Below, piece by piece: positions 20,321 through 31,034 of a stretch of 64,000 nucleotides of DNA; position 1 is the stretch's first letter; every line of letters starts with the position of its first letter. The DNA comes from Cyclobacteriaceae bacterium. Its GTDB lineage: Bacteria; Bacteroidota; Bacteroidia; Cytophagales; Cyclobacteriaceae. Below the pieces are notes generated by a model. The model did not search any database. It was not told where the DNA came from and worked only from the letters and a program-made list of their open reading frames with translations. Made by a program: the position numbers and the translations under genes. Location of the stretch: NCBI GenBank assembly GCA_049115735.1, contig JAGDZP010000009.1:36355-100354 (forward strand), written 5' to 3'.

Positions 20321-20453
20321 GTTCTAACCCTCCACCCTGTAGGACTTGTGTGCAACAAGCACCTACTGATTATTCCAAATTGAACCAAGCAACAGTTGCA
20401 TTTGCTTATTCCATCAAAACAATAGTTATTTGTGAGCAATCACACTTTAGCAG

Positions 20454-21404
20454 ATGTCCATTATAGTAAAAGGTCTTAGTAAAGTATTTTCATCTGGTGT
20501 TAAAGCCGCGGATGGGATTTCCTTTAAAATCAAAGAAGGAGAAATTATAAGTGTCTTAGGCGAAAGTGGTTCTGGTAAAAGTACCTTGCTCAGGTTATTG
20601 GCAGGTCTGGAGGATGCTGATAACGGGTCAATTACTGTTGGTGAGGAAAAAATCACAGGACCTAAGGATAACCTGGTTCCCGGCTATGATTTCATTACAC
20701 TAGTCTATCAGGATTTTAATCTGCAACGATTTAAAACAGTGGCTCAGAATATCGCTACTGAAGTTTATTTTCTAGATCCTGACAGAAGGGAAAGGCACAT
20801 CAAAAAACTATTGAGAATCTGTTTGCTGACGGATAAAGCTGAAAGCCTTCCCGACGAGCTATCCGGAGGTCAGCAGCAACGGCTTGCCATTGCAATTGCC
20901 CTGGCTAAAGAACCACAAGTCGTTTTGATGGATGAGCCATTTTCTAATCTAGATTCCAGACTCAAATTCAGAATAAGGCAGGAAGTGACGAGCATCCTGA
21001 AAAGGGCAGGAGTCACTGTAATAATGGTGAGCCACGATCATGCGGATGCTATGACACTGGCAGATCGCATAATGATCATGCGAAGAGGAAAAATCATTCA
21101 GGTGGCCACACCGGAGCAGCTATATTATAAACCTAAAACGGAATATGCTGCTAATTTTCTCGGGCCAATGAACTACCTCTTCTTAAATGGTGATAGTGAA
21201 AAGACTGGAGTCCGGCCTGAGCAAATCAAAATTTCAAGAACTGGAAAATTTCACGGTGTGGTGAGCAATTCCATATTTCAAGGCTTACATTACCATGTAT
21301 ATGTAAAGTCTGATATATCAAAAAAGGATGTGCTGATGTATGCTGATAAATCACTGGATGCTGGTAAGGAAATCCAATTTCAGATACAATTGCCTTCCGC
21401 TTAG
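20454..21404 (+). CDS. ABC transporter ATP-binding protein (PotA/FbpC-like with C-terminal TOBE-like domain); orphan, with no permease nearby
   Basis: Walker A GESGSGKST, signature LSGGQQQRLAIAIAL, Walker B VVLMDEPFSNLD. Confidence 0.75.
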   Translation: MSIIVKGLSKVFSSGVKAADGISFKIKEGEIISVLGESGSGKSTLLRLLAGLEDADNGSITVGEEKITGPKDNLVPGYDFITLVYQDFNLQRFKTVAQNIATEVYFLDPDRRERHIKKLLRICLLTDKAESLPDELSGGQQQRLAIAIALAKEPQVVLMDEPFSNLDSRLKFRIRQEVTSILKRAGVTVIMVSHDHADAMTLADRIMIMRRGKIIQVATPEQLYYKPKTEYAANFLGPMNYLFLNGDSEKTGVRPEQIKISRTGKFHGVVSNSIFQGLHYHVYVKSDISKKDVLMYADKSLDAGKEIQFQIQLPSA

Positions 21405-21413
21405 TCTTGACAA

Positions 21414-22541
21414 ATGAAAGTACTGATTTCTCCAGATAAATTTAAAGGTTCACTTACTGCAGATGAAGTGTGCAATGCAGTAGAAAGTGCTTTACTAGAT
21501 TATGACCAAACGATAGAAGTCATCAAGCACCCTTTGGCGGATGGAGGTGAAGGTACGCTGGATATTTTGGACTCTACACTCGACTTGAAGACAGTTTCTG
21601 TTCAGGTTAATGATCCACTATTTCGCCCTATTACGGCTGAGTACAAGATGGATGAATCAAGTGCTTACATTGAAATGGCGGCAGCTTCCGGACTGCCGAT
21701 ATTGAAGGAGGAAGAAAGAAATTGTCTGATCACTACCACATATGGCACAGGCGAATTAATTCTGGATGCTATTGAGGAAGGTGCTACTAATATTTACCTA
21801 TTCGTAGGAGGTAGCGCTACCAACGATGCTGGCATGGGAATGGCTGAAGCGCTAGGCTATAAGCTTTATGATAAGGATGGGAAGGCATTAAGACCAATTG
21901 GTCTAGAACTCAGTAACCTGGCTGCCATTGACTCCTCTGATTTGAAGTATGATCCTGATGAGGTAAATGTCTTCGTCGTATGTGATGTAAAGAACCCATT
22001 GTACGGGGAGAATGGAGCTGCATACATCTATGGCCCTCAAAAAGGGGCTGATCAATCAGCCATTGAATTGCTTGATGGTGGTCTGAGGAACTTCGCTAAA
22101 ATAGCCAAGAGCTCTTTTGACAAAGATGTTTCCAAAATGGAAGGTGCTGGAGCTGCTGGTGGAATCGGAGGAGGGGCAGCTGTTTTTTTGAATGCGGAAA
22201 TCAAACCCGGGATCCAGACCATCCTGGAAATAACCAATTACACATCTAAACTTACGGGTGTCGACCTGATCATTACAGGTGAGGGCAAGCTCGATATACA
22301 GACGGTGCATGGAAAAGTCATTCACGGCGTGGATCAGGTTTCGAGGGAGTCCGGTATTCCTTATTCGATAATTTGTGGGATAGCCGAAGACCTGGATGTC
22401 ATCCATGAGGAAATAGCAGCCACCGAAATTCTTCAGATTAAAACCGATGAGGTTTCATTGGATTCGGCTATCAATGATGCAGCCAGCCACGTTCATAGGC
22501 TAGCTTCCGGCTTGATTGAGCGCTTTATGAAAGCAGGATAG
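21414..22541 (+). CDS. glxK: Glycerate kinase
   Basis: MKVLISPDKFKGSLTADEV N-terminus and overall GK-family layout (LADGGEGT, ITGEGKLD). Confidence 0.8.
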   Translation: MKVLISPDKFKGSLTADEVCNAVESALLDYDQTIEVIKHPLADGGEGTLDILDSTLDLKTVSVQVNDPLFRPITAEYKMDESSAYIEMAAASGLPILKEEERNCLITTTYGTGELILDAIEEGATNIYLFVGGSATNDAGMGMAEALGYKLYDKDGKALRPIGLELSNLAAIDSSDLKYDPDEVNVFVVCDVKNPLYGENGAAYIYGPQKGADQSAIELLDGGLRNFAKIAKSSFDKDVSKMEGAGAAGGIGGGAAVFLNAEIKPGIQTILEITNYTSKLTGVDLIITGEGKLDIQTVHGKVIHGVDQVSRESGIPYSIICGIAEDLDVIHEEIAATEILQIKTDEVSLDSAINDAASHVHRLASGLIERFMKAG

Positions 22542-22645
22542 GTACTGTAAAAATTGAAGAGAATGACTGAAGGTACAGTCGATTGTTTTAGACCATGCAT
22601 CACGGTATATTTGATTGATTTTATATATCTCCCATAAATGGTCAA

Positions 22646-23689
22646 ATGAGCATCTCAAAATTCACTTACACACTTCTGGCACTTATTTGCACAGTGATCA
22701 TCCTGATCTACACACAGGATTTAATCATTCCTTTCGTGATCGCACTCATTGTTTGGTTTTTGATCAAGGGCATTAGAAATACACTGAAGAAAATCCCCTT
22801 TGTCAGGAGAAAATTTCCAACCTGGCTCCAAACGACAGTTTCTTTTTTGTTTATGACAGGAGTGTTTTTACTCATGGTGGATATGCTGGTAGTGAATATT
22901 CAGGATCTAAGTCGTTCTCTTCCCACCTATGAAAAGAACATTGAAGGGAGCGTGACTAAAATCAATGAAGTGTTGGGGATAGATCTAATTACGAAAATGA
23001 AAGGGCTTACCGAGGGATTTGATTTTGCCGGTATTATCTCAGTCATCCTGAATGCAGTGACAGGCATCCTCGGGGACGGATTTCTTATCCTGATTTATAT
23101 TCTCTTTCTGTTGTTGGAAGAAAAGGTGTTTCGCTTCAAGCTTAAGGCCATCTATCCGGATAATGACAAATACGAAAGTGTTTCTGACTTGCTCAACAAA
23201 GTGAATAAATCCATTAGTAGTTACCTGACACTTAAGACGGTTGTAAGCGTGATGACAGGCGTATTGAGCTACATAGTGCTGCTGATTGTGGGCGTAGAGG
23301 CACCAGTGTTTTGGTCACTGCTTATTTTTATAATGAACTACATACCAACTGTTGGGTCATTGGTTGGCACCCTCTTTCCGGCATTTTTTGCACTGCTACA
23401 GTTCGGTGAGTTAGCACCATTCATTTATGTCCTGCTCTTTGTGGGGTTGATTCAGGTGATCATTGGTAACGTTGTTGAACCAAAACTTATGGGAGATTCA
23501 CTAAACATCAGTTCTCTGGTTGTGATTTTGTCCCTGACTATTTGGGGATCTATATGGGGTATTATGGGCATGGTGCTGAGTGTTCCAATCACGGTGATGA
23601 TGATCATCGTCTTTGAGGCAATACCTGACCTGAGATTTATTTCGATTCTACTATCAGAAAAAGGGGAGTTGAAAGCAAAGGAAGAATAA
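22646..23689 (+). CDS. AI-2E family transporter (PerM/YhhT-like permease)
   Basis: Eight-TM layout and the characteristic C-terminal region (VPITVMMIIVF). Confidence 0.7.
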   Translation: MSISKFTYTLLALICTVIILIYTQDLIIPFVIALIVWFLIKGIRNTLKKIPFVRRKFPTWLQTTVSFLFMTGVFLLMVDMLVVNIQDLSRSLPTYEKNIEGSVTKINEVLGIDLITKMKGLTEGFDFAGIISVILNAVTGILGDGFLILIYILFLLLEEKVFRFKLKAIYPDNDKYESVSDLLNKVNKSISSYLTLKTVVSVMTGVLSYIVLLIVGVEAPVFWSLLIFIMNYIPTVGSLVGTLFPAFFALLQFGELAPFIYVLLFVGLIQVIIGNVVEPKLMGDSLNISSLVVILSLTIWGSIWGIMGMVLSVPITVMMIIVFEAIPDLRFISILLSEKGELKAKEE

Positions 23690-23690
23690 C

Positions 23691-24194
23691 CTACTCTGTT
23701 TCTTCAATAAGAATGATCGGCTTTTGAATGGCCAGATTATTCGGATAAGAAACCATTTGCCCTTCTTCGTTTTCTATTTTTACCGAAAAAAGGGAAATAT
23801 TTTTCACAACGCCTGTTATAGAATTTTCACCGTCCATGATCTTAACTTTCCCACCAATGCGGTAAGGATAATAGAAGAACAGAATCACGGAAGAAGTAAC
23901 ATTGCTCAGAATTGACCATTGAGCAAATAGGCCAATGCCAATCACCGTCAAGACAGTAAGCATGTAGGTGAATATTCCTTCAAATGAAAACTCCCACACA
24001 ATTGCAACCAGAATAACAAATAGCAGCGTTAGTATGGAGTTTATTATTTTATTGGTTTGAACAGCTCTGTCGTCCTGAATATGGTGCTTGGCCGCATATT
24101 TTCTGTTGAATCTGGAAATAATAAACCTGGCCATGAAATAAATAATAAATAGCCCTGTGGTAATTGCAATTTGTCTGATAGTTTCTTCGGTCAT
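23691..24194 (-). CDS. Small MscS-like mechanosensitive channel family protein
   Basis: Three TM followed by a beta-domain (RIGGKVKIMDGENSITGVVKNISLFSVKIEN) typical of the MscS core. Shorter than canonical MscS. Confidence 0.5.
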   Translation of the reverse strand: MTEETIRQIAITTGLFIIYFMARFIISRFNRKYAAKHHIQDDRAVQTNKIINSILTLLFVILVAIVWEFSFEGIFTYMLTVLTVIGIGLFAQWSILSNVTSSVILFFYYPYRIGGKVKIMDGENSITGVVKNISLFSVKIENEEGQMVSYPNNLAIQKPIILIEETE

Positions 24195-24341
24195 AGACTC
24201 AGCTTTCTAATTCATTCGTGCTTGTAAATTAAGAATTTTCATCAAGTTGTAAAAAATGAATTTATTAAAAAGGTCTAATGTAATTTTAGAGTAATTTGCG
24301 AGAAGCGCATTAATTGAATTTCTAAGTTTTTTTGAACATAA

Positions 24342-25367
24342 TTGAACATGAGTAAAAAGATTGGAATAGGAATAATTGGCTATGGCAGTATAGCCGGGCA
24401 TCATCATAAGGCCATCAATGACATAGAAAATGCAGAAGTGGTAGCTGTATCTACCAGAAATGTAGACAAGCTCAAAAACTTGCTGGAGCTTGGAGGTATT
24501 GGTATTTATTCAAATCATGATGATTTAATTGCAGACCCATCGGTGGATGCGGTAAGCATTTGCACACCATCTGGTTTTCATCTGGAGCCGGCAGTGGCAG
24601 CTGCTTCCGCAGGTAAGCACGTTATCGTAGAAAAGCCGTTGGAGGTCAATATTGAAAAGTCACTTGAAATGATAGAGCACTGCGAAGCAGTAGGTGTGAA
24701 GCTGGCCTGTATTTTTCAAAACAGATATTCTGACGACTACCTCAAACTTAAAAAGAGTGTTGAAAATGCTGAATTAGGTAAATTGGTTCTAGGTAATGCA
24801 TATATCAAATGGTTTAGAGATCAGGACTATTACGATTCGTCAGATTGGAAAGGCTTGCTGAATGCTGATGGTGGTGCTGCTCTGATCAACCAATCCATTC
24901 ACACAATAGACTTGCTGCTAGACATAATGGGCCCTGTAAAATCGGTACGAGCCAAGGTGGCTACCTTGACTAGAAAGATAGAGGGAGAGGATCTCGGCGT
25001 GGCAATTCTTGAATTTGAAAATGGGGCTTTGGGGACTATTGAGGGTAGTACAGCGATATATGCTGGATTTCCTGAGAAACTGGAAGTGCACGGAAAGCTG
25101 GGAAGTATCATCCTGGAAAAAGGGGAGATCGTTCATGACCTGAACGGCCCTATAGATACTGCAAGTGGTGATACGGCATCCGGTTCGTCAGACCCTATGG
25201 CTATAGATTATAAGATGCACTACACACAACTAAACGAATTTGTTCAAAACATAATAGAAGATACCGAACCAAAGGTCAACGGGACGGAAGCCGTTCGAGC
25301 TGTTGAAGTGATCAATGCCATTTACAAATCTTCAAAGGAAAATTCTGTTGTCTATATAAATCAATAG
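24342..25367 (+). CDS. Gfo/Idh/MocA family NAD(P)-dependent oxidoreductase
   Basis: IGIGIIGYGSIAGHHHKAI Rossmann N-terminus and EKP motif. Confidence 0.8.
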   Translation: MNMSKKIGIGIIGYGSIAGHHHKAINDIENAEVVAVSTRNVDKLKNLLELGGIGIYSNHDDLIADPSVDAVSICTPSGFHLEPAVAAASAGKHVIVEKPLEVNIEKSLEMIEHCEAVGVKLACIFQNRYSDDYLKLKKSVENAELGKLVLGNAYIKWFRDQDYYDSSDWKGLLNADGGAALINQSIHTIDLLLDIMGPVKSVRAKVATLTRKIEGEDLGVAILEFENGALGTIEGSTAIYAGFPEKLEVHGKLGSIILEKGEIVHDLNGPIDTASGDTASGSSDPMAIDYKMHYTQLNEFVQNIIEDTEPKVNGTEAVRAVEVINAIYKSSKENSVVYINQ

Positions 25368-25492
25368 TCTCATATATTCATTTTTTTATCCAACTGTTCC
25401 TGATTATGAGGGTTTATGATAATCTGTTTTGAATAGCTTATTATTGTAAACACTGTATTTAAATTTCACTACAAAACACTTAGAATTCACTT

Positions 25493-26857
25493 ATGGAAAC
25501 TATCTCTTATTGGCCACTGATTGTTTTATTCATTGGTATAGCAGCAGTTATCATTCAAATTGCCGTTTTCAAAATCCATGCTTTTGTATCACTTACTATG
25601 TCGGCTATTTTAGTTGGAATTCTGAGTGTTACCGGCGATGGTGCTTTGGTCAAGTCCATAGAAATGACCATGACCGAAATGGGAACAACCGCGGGTAAAA
25701 TAGCCTTTGTCATTGCGCTGGCATCAGTGCTGGGATTGGCTCTGACGGAAAGTGGTGCCGCAGAAAAAATTGTTATTAAGTTTCTGGGTGTATTTGGCGA
25801 AAAGTTTGCGCCGGTAGCCTTACTATTAGCCGGTTTTATTTTGGCTATTCCCGTATTCTTTGATACAGTATTCTTTTTAGTCATTCCGCTAGCCATGTCT
25901 TTGGGTAAAAGGTTTGGAAAAAACTATATGTTTTATGTTTTGGCTGTGGGTATTGGAGGTGTCCTTACGCATTCCATTGTACCTCCAACGCCAGGGCCAC
26001 TGATAATGGCCGAATCACTGTCTATCAATCTTGGTTTGGTAATTCTCATAGGGCTAATCGCTTGCATCCTGCCAGCAGTACTCACATATTTTTTTGCTAG
26101 GAAAATTTCTGCGGGTTATGATTTGAAAGTCCCTGATTTAGGTGCTTCGTCGCAACCAAATGAAGATGACTTGCCTTCATTCGGACTGTCAATGGTACCG
26201 ATAGTTGTGCCTTTGTTGTTAATTATTGTATCTTCTACCATGGACTTTATTGCGCCGAATGCAGAAGGCAGTACAGTAGCTATCATCATAGGGTTCCTTG
26301 GAAATAAAAATATGGCTATGCTGATAGGAACGATACTGGCATTGTGGCTATTGGCGAAGCAGAAGGGTTGGGGAATGAAAGAATTAAGCCATGAATTTGA
26401 TAAACCATTGGAGCTGGCGGGGGTAATCATATTGATTACGAGTGCGGGTGGGGCTTTTGGTGCCATGATAAAAAACTCTGGAATAGGGCAAATGATAGAA
26501 GGAATGACCTCTCAGGGTGTGTCGTTGAATTTCGTTTTGCTGGCATGGGTCATATCTGCAGTGATGAAAATCGCCCAAGGGTCTAGTACGGTTGCGATGA
26601 TTACTACAGCGGGGATCATGGTAGCCCTAATGCAGTCTGTTGAGATACCATTTCACCCGATTTATGTCTATCTGTCGATTGGATTCGGTTCCTTGATGGG
26701 GAGTTGGATGAATGACTCGGGTTTTTGGGTAGTAGCCAAGCTTAGTGGCATCCCACAAGGACAAATGCTTAAAACCTGGACCGTCATGTTGGGGGTAATA
26801 TCGCTGATAGGATTGATTCAAGCACTGTTGTTATCCTATATTATTCCATTGGTTTAG
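25493..26857 (+). CDS. GntP family permease (gluconate/sugar-acid:H+ symporter)
   Basis: 454-aa polytopic protein with the GntP layout and conserved glycine-rich helices. Confidence 0.75.
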   Translation: METISYWPLIVLFIGIAAVIIQIAVFKIHAFVSLTMSAILVGILSVTGDGALVKSIEMTMTEMGTTAGKIAFVIALASVLGLALTESGAAEKIVIKFLGVFGEKFAPVALLLAGFILAIPVFFDTVFFLVIPLAMSLGKRFGKNYMFYVLAVGIGGVLTHSIVPPTPGPLIMAESLSINLGLVILIGLIACILPAVLTYFFARKISAGYDLKVPDLGASSQPNEDDLPSFGLSMVPIVVPLLLIIVSSTMDFIAPNAEGSTVAIIIGFLGNKNMAMLIGTILALWLLAKQKGWGMKELSHEFDKPLELAGVIILITSAGGAFGAMIKNSGIGQMIEGMTSQGVSLNFVLLAWVISAVMKIAQGSSTVAMITTAGIMVALMQSVEIPFHPIYVYLSIGFGSLMGSWMNDSGFWVVAKLSGIPQGQMLKTWTVMLGVISLIGLIQALLLSYIIPLV

Positions 26858-26977
26858 ATGCTTATTTGACGAAATAACTTAATGCCTCGGTTTTAGCCTT
26901 CACAGGACAGTACAGGATATATATCTTCTTAAATATTCTGACCTTCAATTAGTCTAGGAATAATTAAGAGTAATTCT

Positions 26978-27883
26978 TTGTTGTTGCGGCTTTGTGTCGG
27001 CTTCCTGGAAAAGCGAATTAAACTTATTGGCGTGAATAACTTATCAATTGTGGATGCCCATATTCATTTGTGGGATATCAATCACCTATCATATCCCTGG
27101 CTGGATTCAGTACCTAAAATAAAAAGGAATTACTTGATAGAAGACTATGATCAGGCTACAGAGAATTGTGAAATAGAATCCATGGTTTTCGTCCAGGCCG
27201 CATGTCTCTCCGAGCAATTCCTGGATGAGCTTTCATGGATTCAGTCAATAGCTGATAAGGATAATCGTCTAAAAGGTATAGTGCCCTGGGCTCCAATGCA
27301 TTTGGGTGAAGGAGTGGAGGATACATTGAGAATATTTCAAAAGGATTCAAGAATCAAAGGTGTTCGTCAATTAATTCAGGGCGAAAAAAAAGCTGATTTT
27401 TGCTGTTCGGAGGAATTTGTTGCTGCAGTCCAATTGCTTGCTAAGTACGACTTACATTTTGAATTGACTGTAGATGTAGATCAATTTCCTGATGTTATGA
27501 AGTTGATCGAGCAATGTCCCGACACTCAGTTTATTCTGGACCATATTGGAAATCCTAATATTGAAAAAGGACAATTGACTCCCTGGGACGAGTATTTAAG
27601 AGTATTTGCCAGGTCCGGCAATCATTATTGCAAGTTCTCGAACTTCGTTTGCAATGCCAATCTCGATCACTGGAAGACAGAAGACCTTAAACCATTTGCA
27701 GAAGTTGTAATTGATGTATTTGGTGTAGATCGATTAATTTGGGCTAGTGATTGGCCTCATGCTTTGCGCGCCTCAAGCTGGCAAAGGTGGTTTGAAACAT
27801 CTTTGGAGTTAACGAGGGATTTCAATAGCCAGGAGCATGACTCATTTTTCAATAAGAATGCGATGAAATTCTATCGATTATAA
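26978..27883 (+). CDS. Amidohydrolase_2 family metal-dependent hydrolase (lactonase-like)
   Basis: IVDAHIHLWD N-terminal metal-binding motif and WASDWPH C-terminal motif. The true start may be downstream of 26978. Confidence 0.65.
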   Translation: MLLRLCVGFLEKRIKLIGVNNLSIVDAHIHLWDINHLSYPWLDSVPKIKRNYLIEDYDQATENCEIESMVFVQAACLSEQFLDELSWIQSIADKDNRLKGIVPWAPMHLGEGVEDTLRIFQKDSRIKGVRQLIQGEKKADFCCSEEFVAAVQLLAKYDLHFELTVDVDQFPDVMKLIEQCPDTQFILDHIGNPNIEKGQLTPWDEYLRVFARSGNHYCKFSNFVCNANLDHWKTEDLKPFAEVVIDVFGVDRLIWASDWPHALRASSWQRWFETSLELTRDFNSQEHDSFFNKNAMKFYRL

Positions 27884-27900
27884 ACTAAAATCAATTAAAC

Positions 27901-28734
27901 ATGAAACCAAAAGAATGGGCGCATACTCCAAATCGATTTAAAGATAAGGTGGCTATCATAACTGGCGGAGGTGCCGGGATCGGTCGAGCAATTGTAGCTG
28001 AACTTTGTAAGGAAGGTGCTAAAGTGCTCTTTACAGATATCAGAGCTGAGTGCGATGATTCATTAGAAGCGGATAAGAAAATGGGTTTTGAAATTCATTT
28101 TCTACAAGGCGATATGGCTGAAGAATCCTTTTGTAAGGAGGCTGTTGAAAAAACTGTGGAGCTATTCGGAAGAGTTGACTATTTGGTAAACAATGCGTTT
28201 TCCTTTATTGGCCAGGGTGTTGAAGCCACAACCGAAGATTGGAAGCGAATTTTTGATGCTGGTCCAATAGCTTATGCGAGGATGGTACAGTTGACAGCTC
28301 CTCATATGACTGCCGTTGGAGGAGGTGCTGTCGTGAATGTTTCCAGTATATCGGCACACATCGCTCAGATAGATCGCTGGACTTACAATTCAGCAAAAGG
28401 AGCGGTTGATCAGTTGACGAAATGCCAGGCCCTTGACCTAGCACCTCAGGGTATACGTGTGAATAGTGTAGATCCAGGTTGGATATGGACCAATGAGACT
28501 CAAAAAGCGGCTGACCTGGATGGCGGTGGGCAAGAGAAGTGGGATCCCATTTGGGGAAAATTTCATATGCTTCGCAGGGTAGGCCATCCAGTAGAAGTAG
28601 CCAGGCCTGCTTTGTTTTTGCTGAGCGGGGATGCATCGTTCATTACCGGAACAAAGCTGATGATAGATGGAGGTTACCTTTCCTTGGGTCCCGAAGGGCT
28701 TGGCGAAGAAACAGTGAATGCTGGCTCAAATTGA
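27901..28734 (+). CDS. SDR family oxidoreductase
   Basis: TGGGAGIGRA cofactor motif, NNAF, and the YNSAK catalytic Tyr-x3-Lys. Confidence 0.8.
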   Translation: MKPKEWAHTPNRFKDKVAIITGGGAGIGRAIVAELCKEGAKVLFTDIRAECDDSLEADKKMGFEIHFLQGDMAEESFCKEAVEKTVELFGRVDYLVNNAFSFIGQGVEATTEDWKRIFDAGPIAYARMVQLTAPHMTAVGGGAVVNVSSISAHIAQIDRWTYNSAKGAVDQLTKCQALDLAPQGIRVNSVDPGWIWTNETQKAADLDGGGQEKWDPIWGKFHMLRRVGHPVEVARPALFLLSGDASFITGTKLMIDGGYLSLGPEGLGEETVNAGSN

Positions 28735-28749
28735 CCTAACTTTATCCTT

Positions 28750-30141
28750 ATGTCCCAAAATCTAATTGATAAGCTTCAATCACTTTTAGGCGCAGATAAA
28801 GTTCTGAATGGTGATGACCTAAAGGAAAGATTTTTTCATGTCTGGCAAATGAATGAGCCGGTCAGAGCAAAGGCCGTGATTCTCCCCAGAACCACCGAAG
28901 ATGTTTCTAATATCATGAAGCTGTGTCATGAATATGATCAACCAGTGGTCGTTCACGGTGGCTTGACCAACCTTGTTGGTAGTACTGAAACCAATGGAGA
29001 TGAAATTATTATTTCTACTGAAAAAATGAACCAGATCGAGGAGGTTGATGAGCAGTCCCGAACCATGACTTTACAATCTGGAGTCATATTGGAAAACGTT
29101 CATAGAGCAGCGGAGGAACTAGGCCTGTTTTTCCCAATGACTTTTGGATCAAAAGGCTCTGCACAAATGGGGGGTGTTATTTCAACAAACGCTGGAGGTA
29201 TGCGGGTTTTTAGATATGGTATGACCCGTAACCTAATTCTGGGATTGGAGGTAGTACTGCCAGATGGTACTGTCCTTTCTTCCATGAAGAAAATAATAAA
29301 GGACAACTCGGGCTATGATTTGAAACAACTGTTTGTGGGTTCGGAAGGTACTTTGGGAATAGTAACAAGAGCAGTATTGAAACTTGAGGAAAAGCCAACG
29401 AGTAGAAATAGTGCCTTGATAGCCTGCAACGATTATAACAATGTAGTCAGTCTACTTAAACTGCTTGACAATGAATTGGCGGGTACACTAAGTGCCTTTG
29501 AGCTGCTTTGGGAGATCAACTACAGGACAATGACAACACCTCCGTCACCTTATAACGCGCCATTGCCGCTGGGGTATGAGTATTACATATTGGTTGAAGC
29601 CTTGGGTATAGATGCTGAATATGAGAAGGAGAGACTTGAAAAAGTTTTGGAGCAAGCACTTGTTGATGGTATCATAGAAGATGCGCTGGTGGCGCAGAGC
29701 TTGCAAAATCATGAGCTATTCTGGAATCTTAGAGAAAATGTAGATGTGCTCCAGGCTCAACATAAATTCAATCAATACTTTGACATAAGCTTACCAATAC
29801 CTTTGATTGGCGACTATGTGGTCGAAACGTCAGAGCGAATTAGGGAAATCGATGATGTTGATGTTTGCTATGTTCATGGTCACGTGGCAGATGGCAATAT
29901 CCATTTTCACGTTGGAAAGAGCAATTACAACCAAAGTTTAACAGATGAAATAAATGAAGTTGTGTATGCTCCTTTGAAGAAATTGGGCGGGTCAGTATCC
30001 GCAGAACATGGTATAGGATTGCACAAAAAGAAATACCTGCATTTGTGTCGAAGCGAGGAGGAGATTCAACTTATGCGCCAGCTCAAATCTACCTTCGACC
30101 CCAAAGGAATATTAAATCCCGGCAGGGTGGTAGATGTTTGA
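28750..30141 (+). CDS. FAD-linked oxidase (GlcD / D-lactate dehydrogenase family)
   Basis: FAD_binding_4 motifs (VVVHGGLTNLVG, GSEGTLGIVT) and a C-terminal FAD-oxidase_C region (HGHVADGNIH). Confidence 0.8.
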   Translation: MSQNLIDKLQSLLGADKVLNGDDLKERFFHVWQMNEPVRAKAVILPRTTEDVSNIMKLCHEYDQPVVVHGGLTNLVGSTETNGDEIIISTEKMNQIEEVDEQSRTMTLQSGVILENVHRAAEELGLFFPMTFGSKGSAQMGGVISTNAGGMRVFRYGMTRNLILGLEVVLPDGTVLSSMKKIIKDNSGYDLKQLFVGSEGTLGIVTRAVLKLEEKPTSRNSALIACNDYNNVVSLLKLLDNELAGTLSAFELLWEINYRTMTTPPSPYNAPLPLGYEYYILVEALGIDAEYEKERLEKVLEQALVDGIIEDALVAQSLQNHELFWNLRENVDVLQAQHKFNQYFDISLPIPLIGDYVVETSERIREIDDVDVCYVHGHVADGNIHFHVGKSNYNQSLTDEINEVVYAPLKKLGGSVSAEHGIGLHKKKYLHLCRSEEEIQLMRQLKSTFDPKGILNPGRVVDV

Positions 30142-30976
30142 TTTAAAGAAATCAAGCTTAATGGGTATCAAAAGCAATATGAAGGAAGCTCTACTCTTCG
30201 TTCTCATCATTTCTTTATTTCTTGGTTGTACTCCAGAACCTAAGCAAGTGATCAAGGGACATGCTCACAATGATTACGAGCACGAAAGGCCATTGTTTGA
30301 AGCTTTAGAAAATGGTTTTATATCGATTGAAGCGGATGTGCATGTGATTGATGGAAAGTTGTATGTGTCACATGATCCACCAGCGGACTTAACCACAACC
30401 AAAACATTGAAAGAATTGTACCTTGAGCCACTGCGCATACATATCAAAAAGAATAATGGTCAGGTATATAAAGGTTATGATGAGTATGTCTATTTGATGA
30501 TTGATATCAAAACCTCGGCTGAATACAGTTATCCATACTTGAGGGAAGCGTTGGCAGAATACAAGGATATTATTTCTGTTATAACAAATGCCGCCGATCA
30601 GAAAACAAAGCCCTTGAAAGTACTTTTCTCCGGTAACCGACCCATAAATGCACTGATGAACGATTCCATAAAATATGCAGGAATAGATGGTAGGCCGGAT
30701 GAGCTGGAGGACAAAATTTCAAAGCCCATGATGCCGGTAATCAGTCAAAACTATAACCGCTACCTTTCCTGGGACGGAAGAGGAACCGCAGACCCAAAGG
30801 AAGTAGTCCTGTTAAAGCAAATGATAGAAAAGGCACATACCCAAGGGAGAAAGGTAAGACTATGGGCTTCTTCAGACATACCTGAGGTTTGGGAATTCCT
30901 ACTGGAATGCGGTGTTGATCTGATCAATACGGATGATTTGAAGGGGTATCGGGAGTTTGCTTTGGACGGTAAGTAA
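30134..30976 (+). CDS. Lipoprotein with PLC-like / GDPD-type phosphodiesterase fold
   Basis: Lipobox LFLGC. The HAHNDYE...ALENGFISIEADVHVIDGKLYVSHD stretch parallels the GDPD HRG...ExDV...HD motifs. The likely true start is the internal ATG at about 30179. Confidence 0.4.
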   Translation: MFDLKKSSLMGIKSNMKEALLFVLIISLFLGCTPEPKQVIKGHAHNDYEHERPLFEALENGFISIEADVHVIDGKLYVSHDPPADLTTTKTLKELYLEPLRIHIKKNNGQVYKGYDEYVYLMIDIKTSAEYSYPYLREALAEYKDIISVITNAADQKTKPLKVLFSGNRPINALMNDSIKYAGIDGRPDELEDKISKPMMPVISQNYNRYLSWDGRGTADPKEVVLLKQMIEKAHTQGRKVRLWASSDIPEVWEFLLECGVDLINTDDLKGYREFALDGK

Positions 30977-31034
30977 GAAATTCTCCAATCCTACATAAAT
31001 GCTTGATTCTGGAGATGATTATAAGGGAGTTGCG

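Noticed and set aside
24207-24407. A 66-aa minus-strand ORF between the MscS-like and Gfo/Idh/MocA genes
   Set aside because: It overlaps the promoter and start of the oxidoreductase gene, is AT-rich and low-complexity, and is probably spurious.
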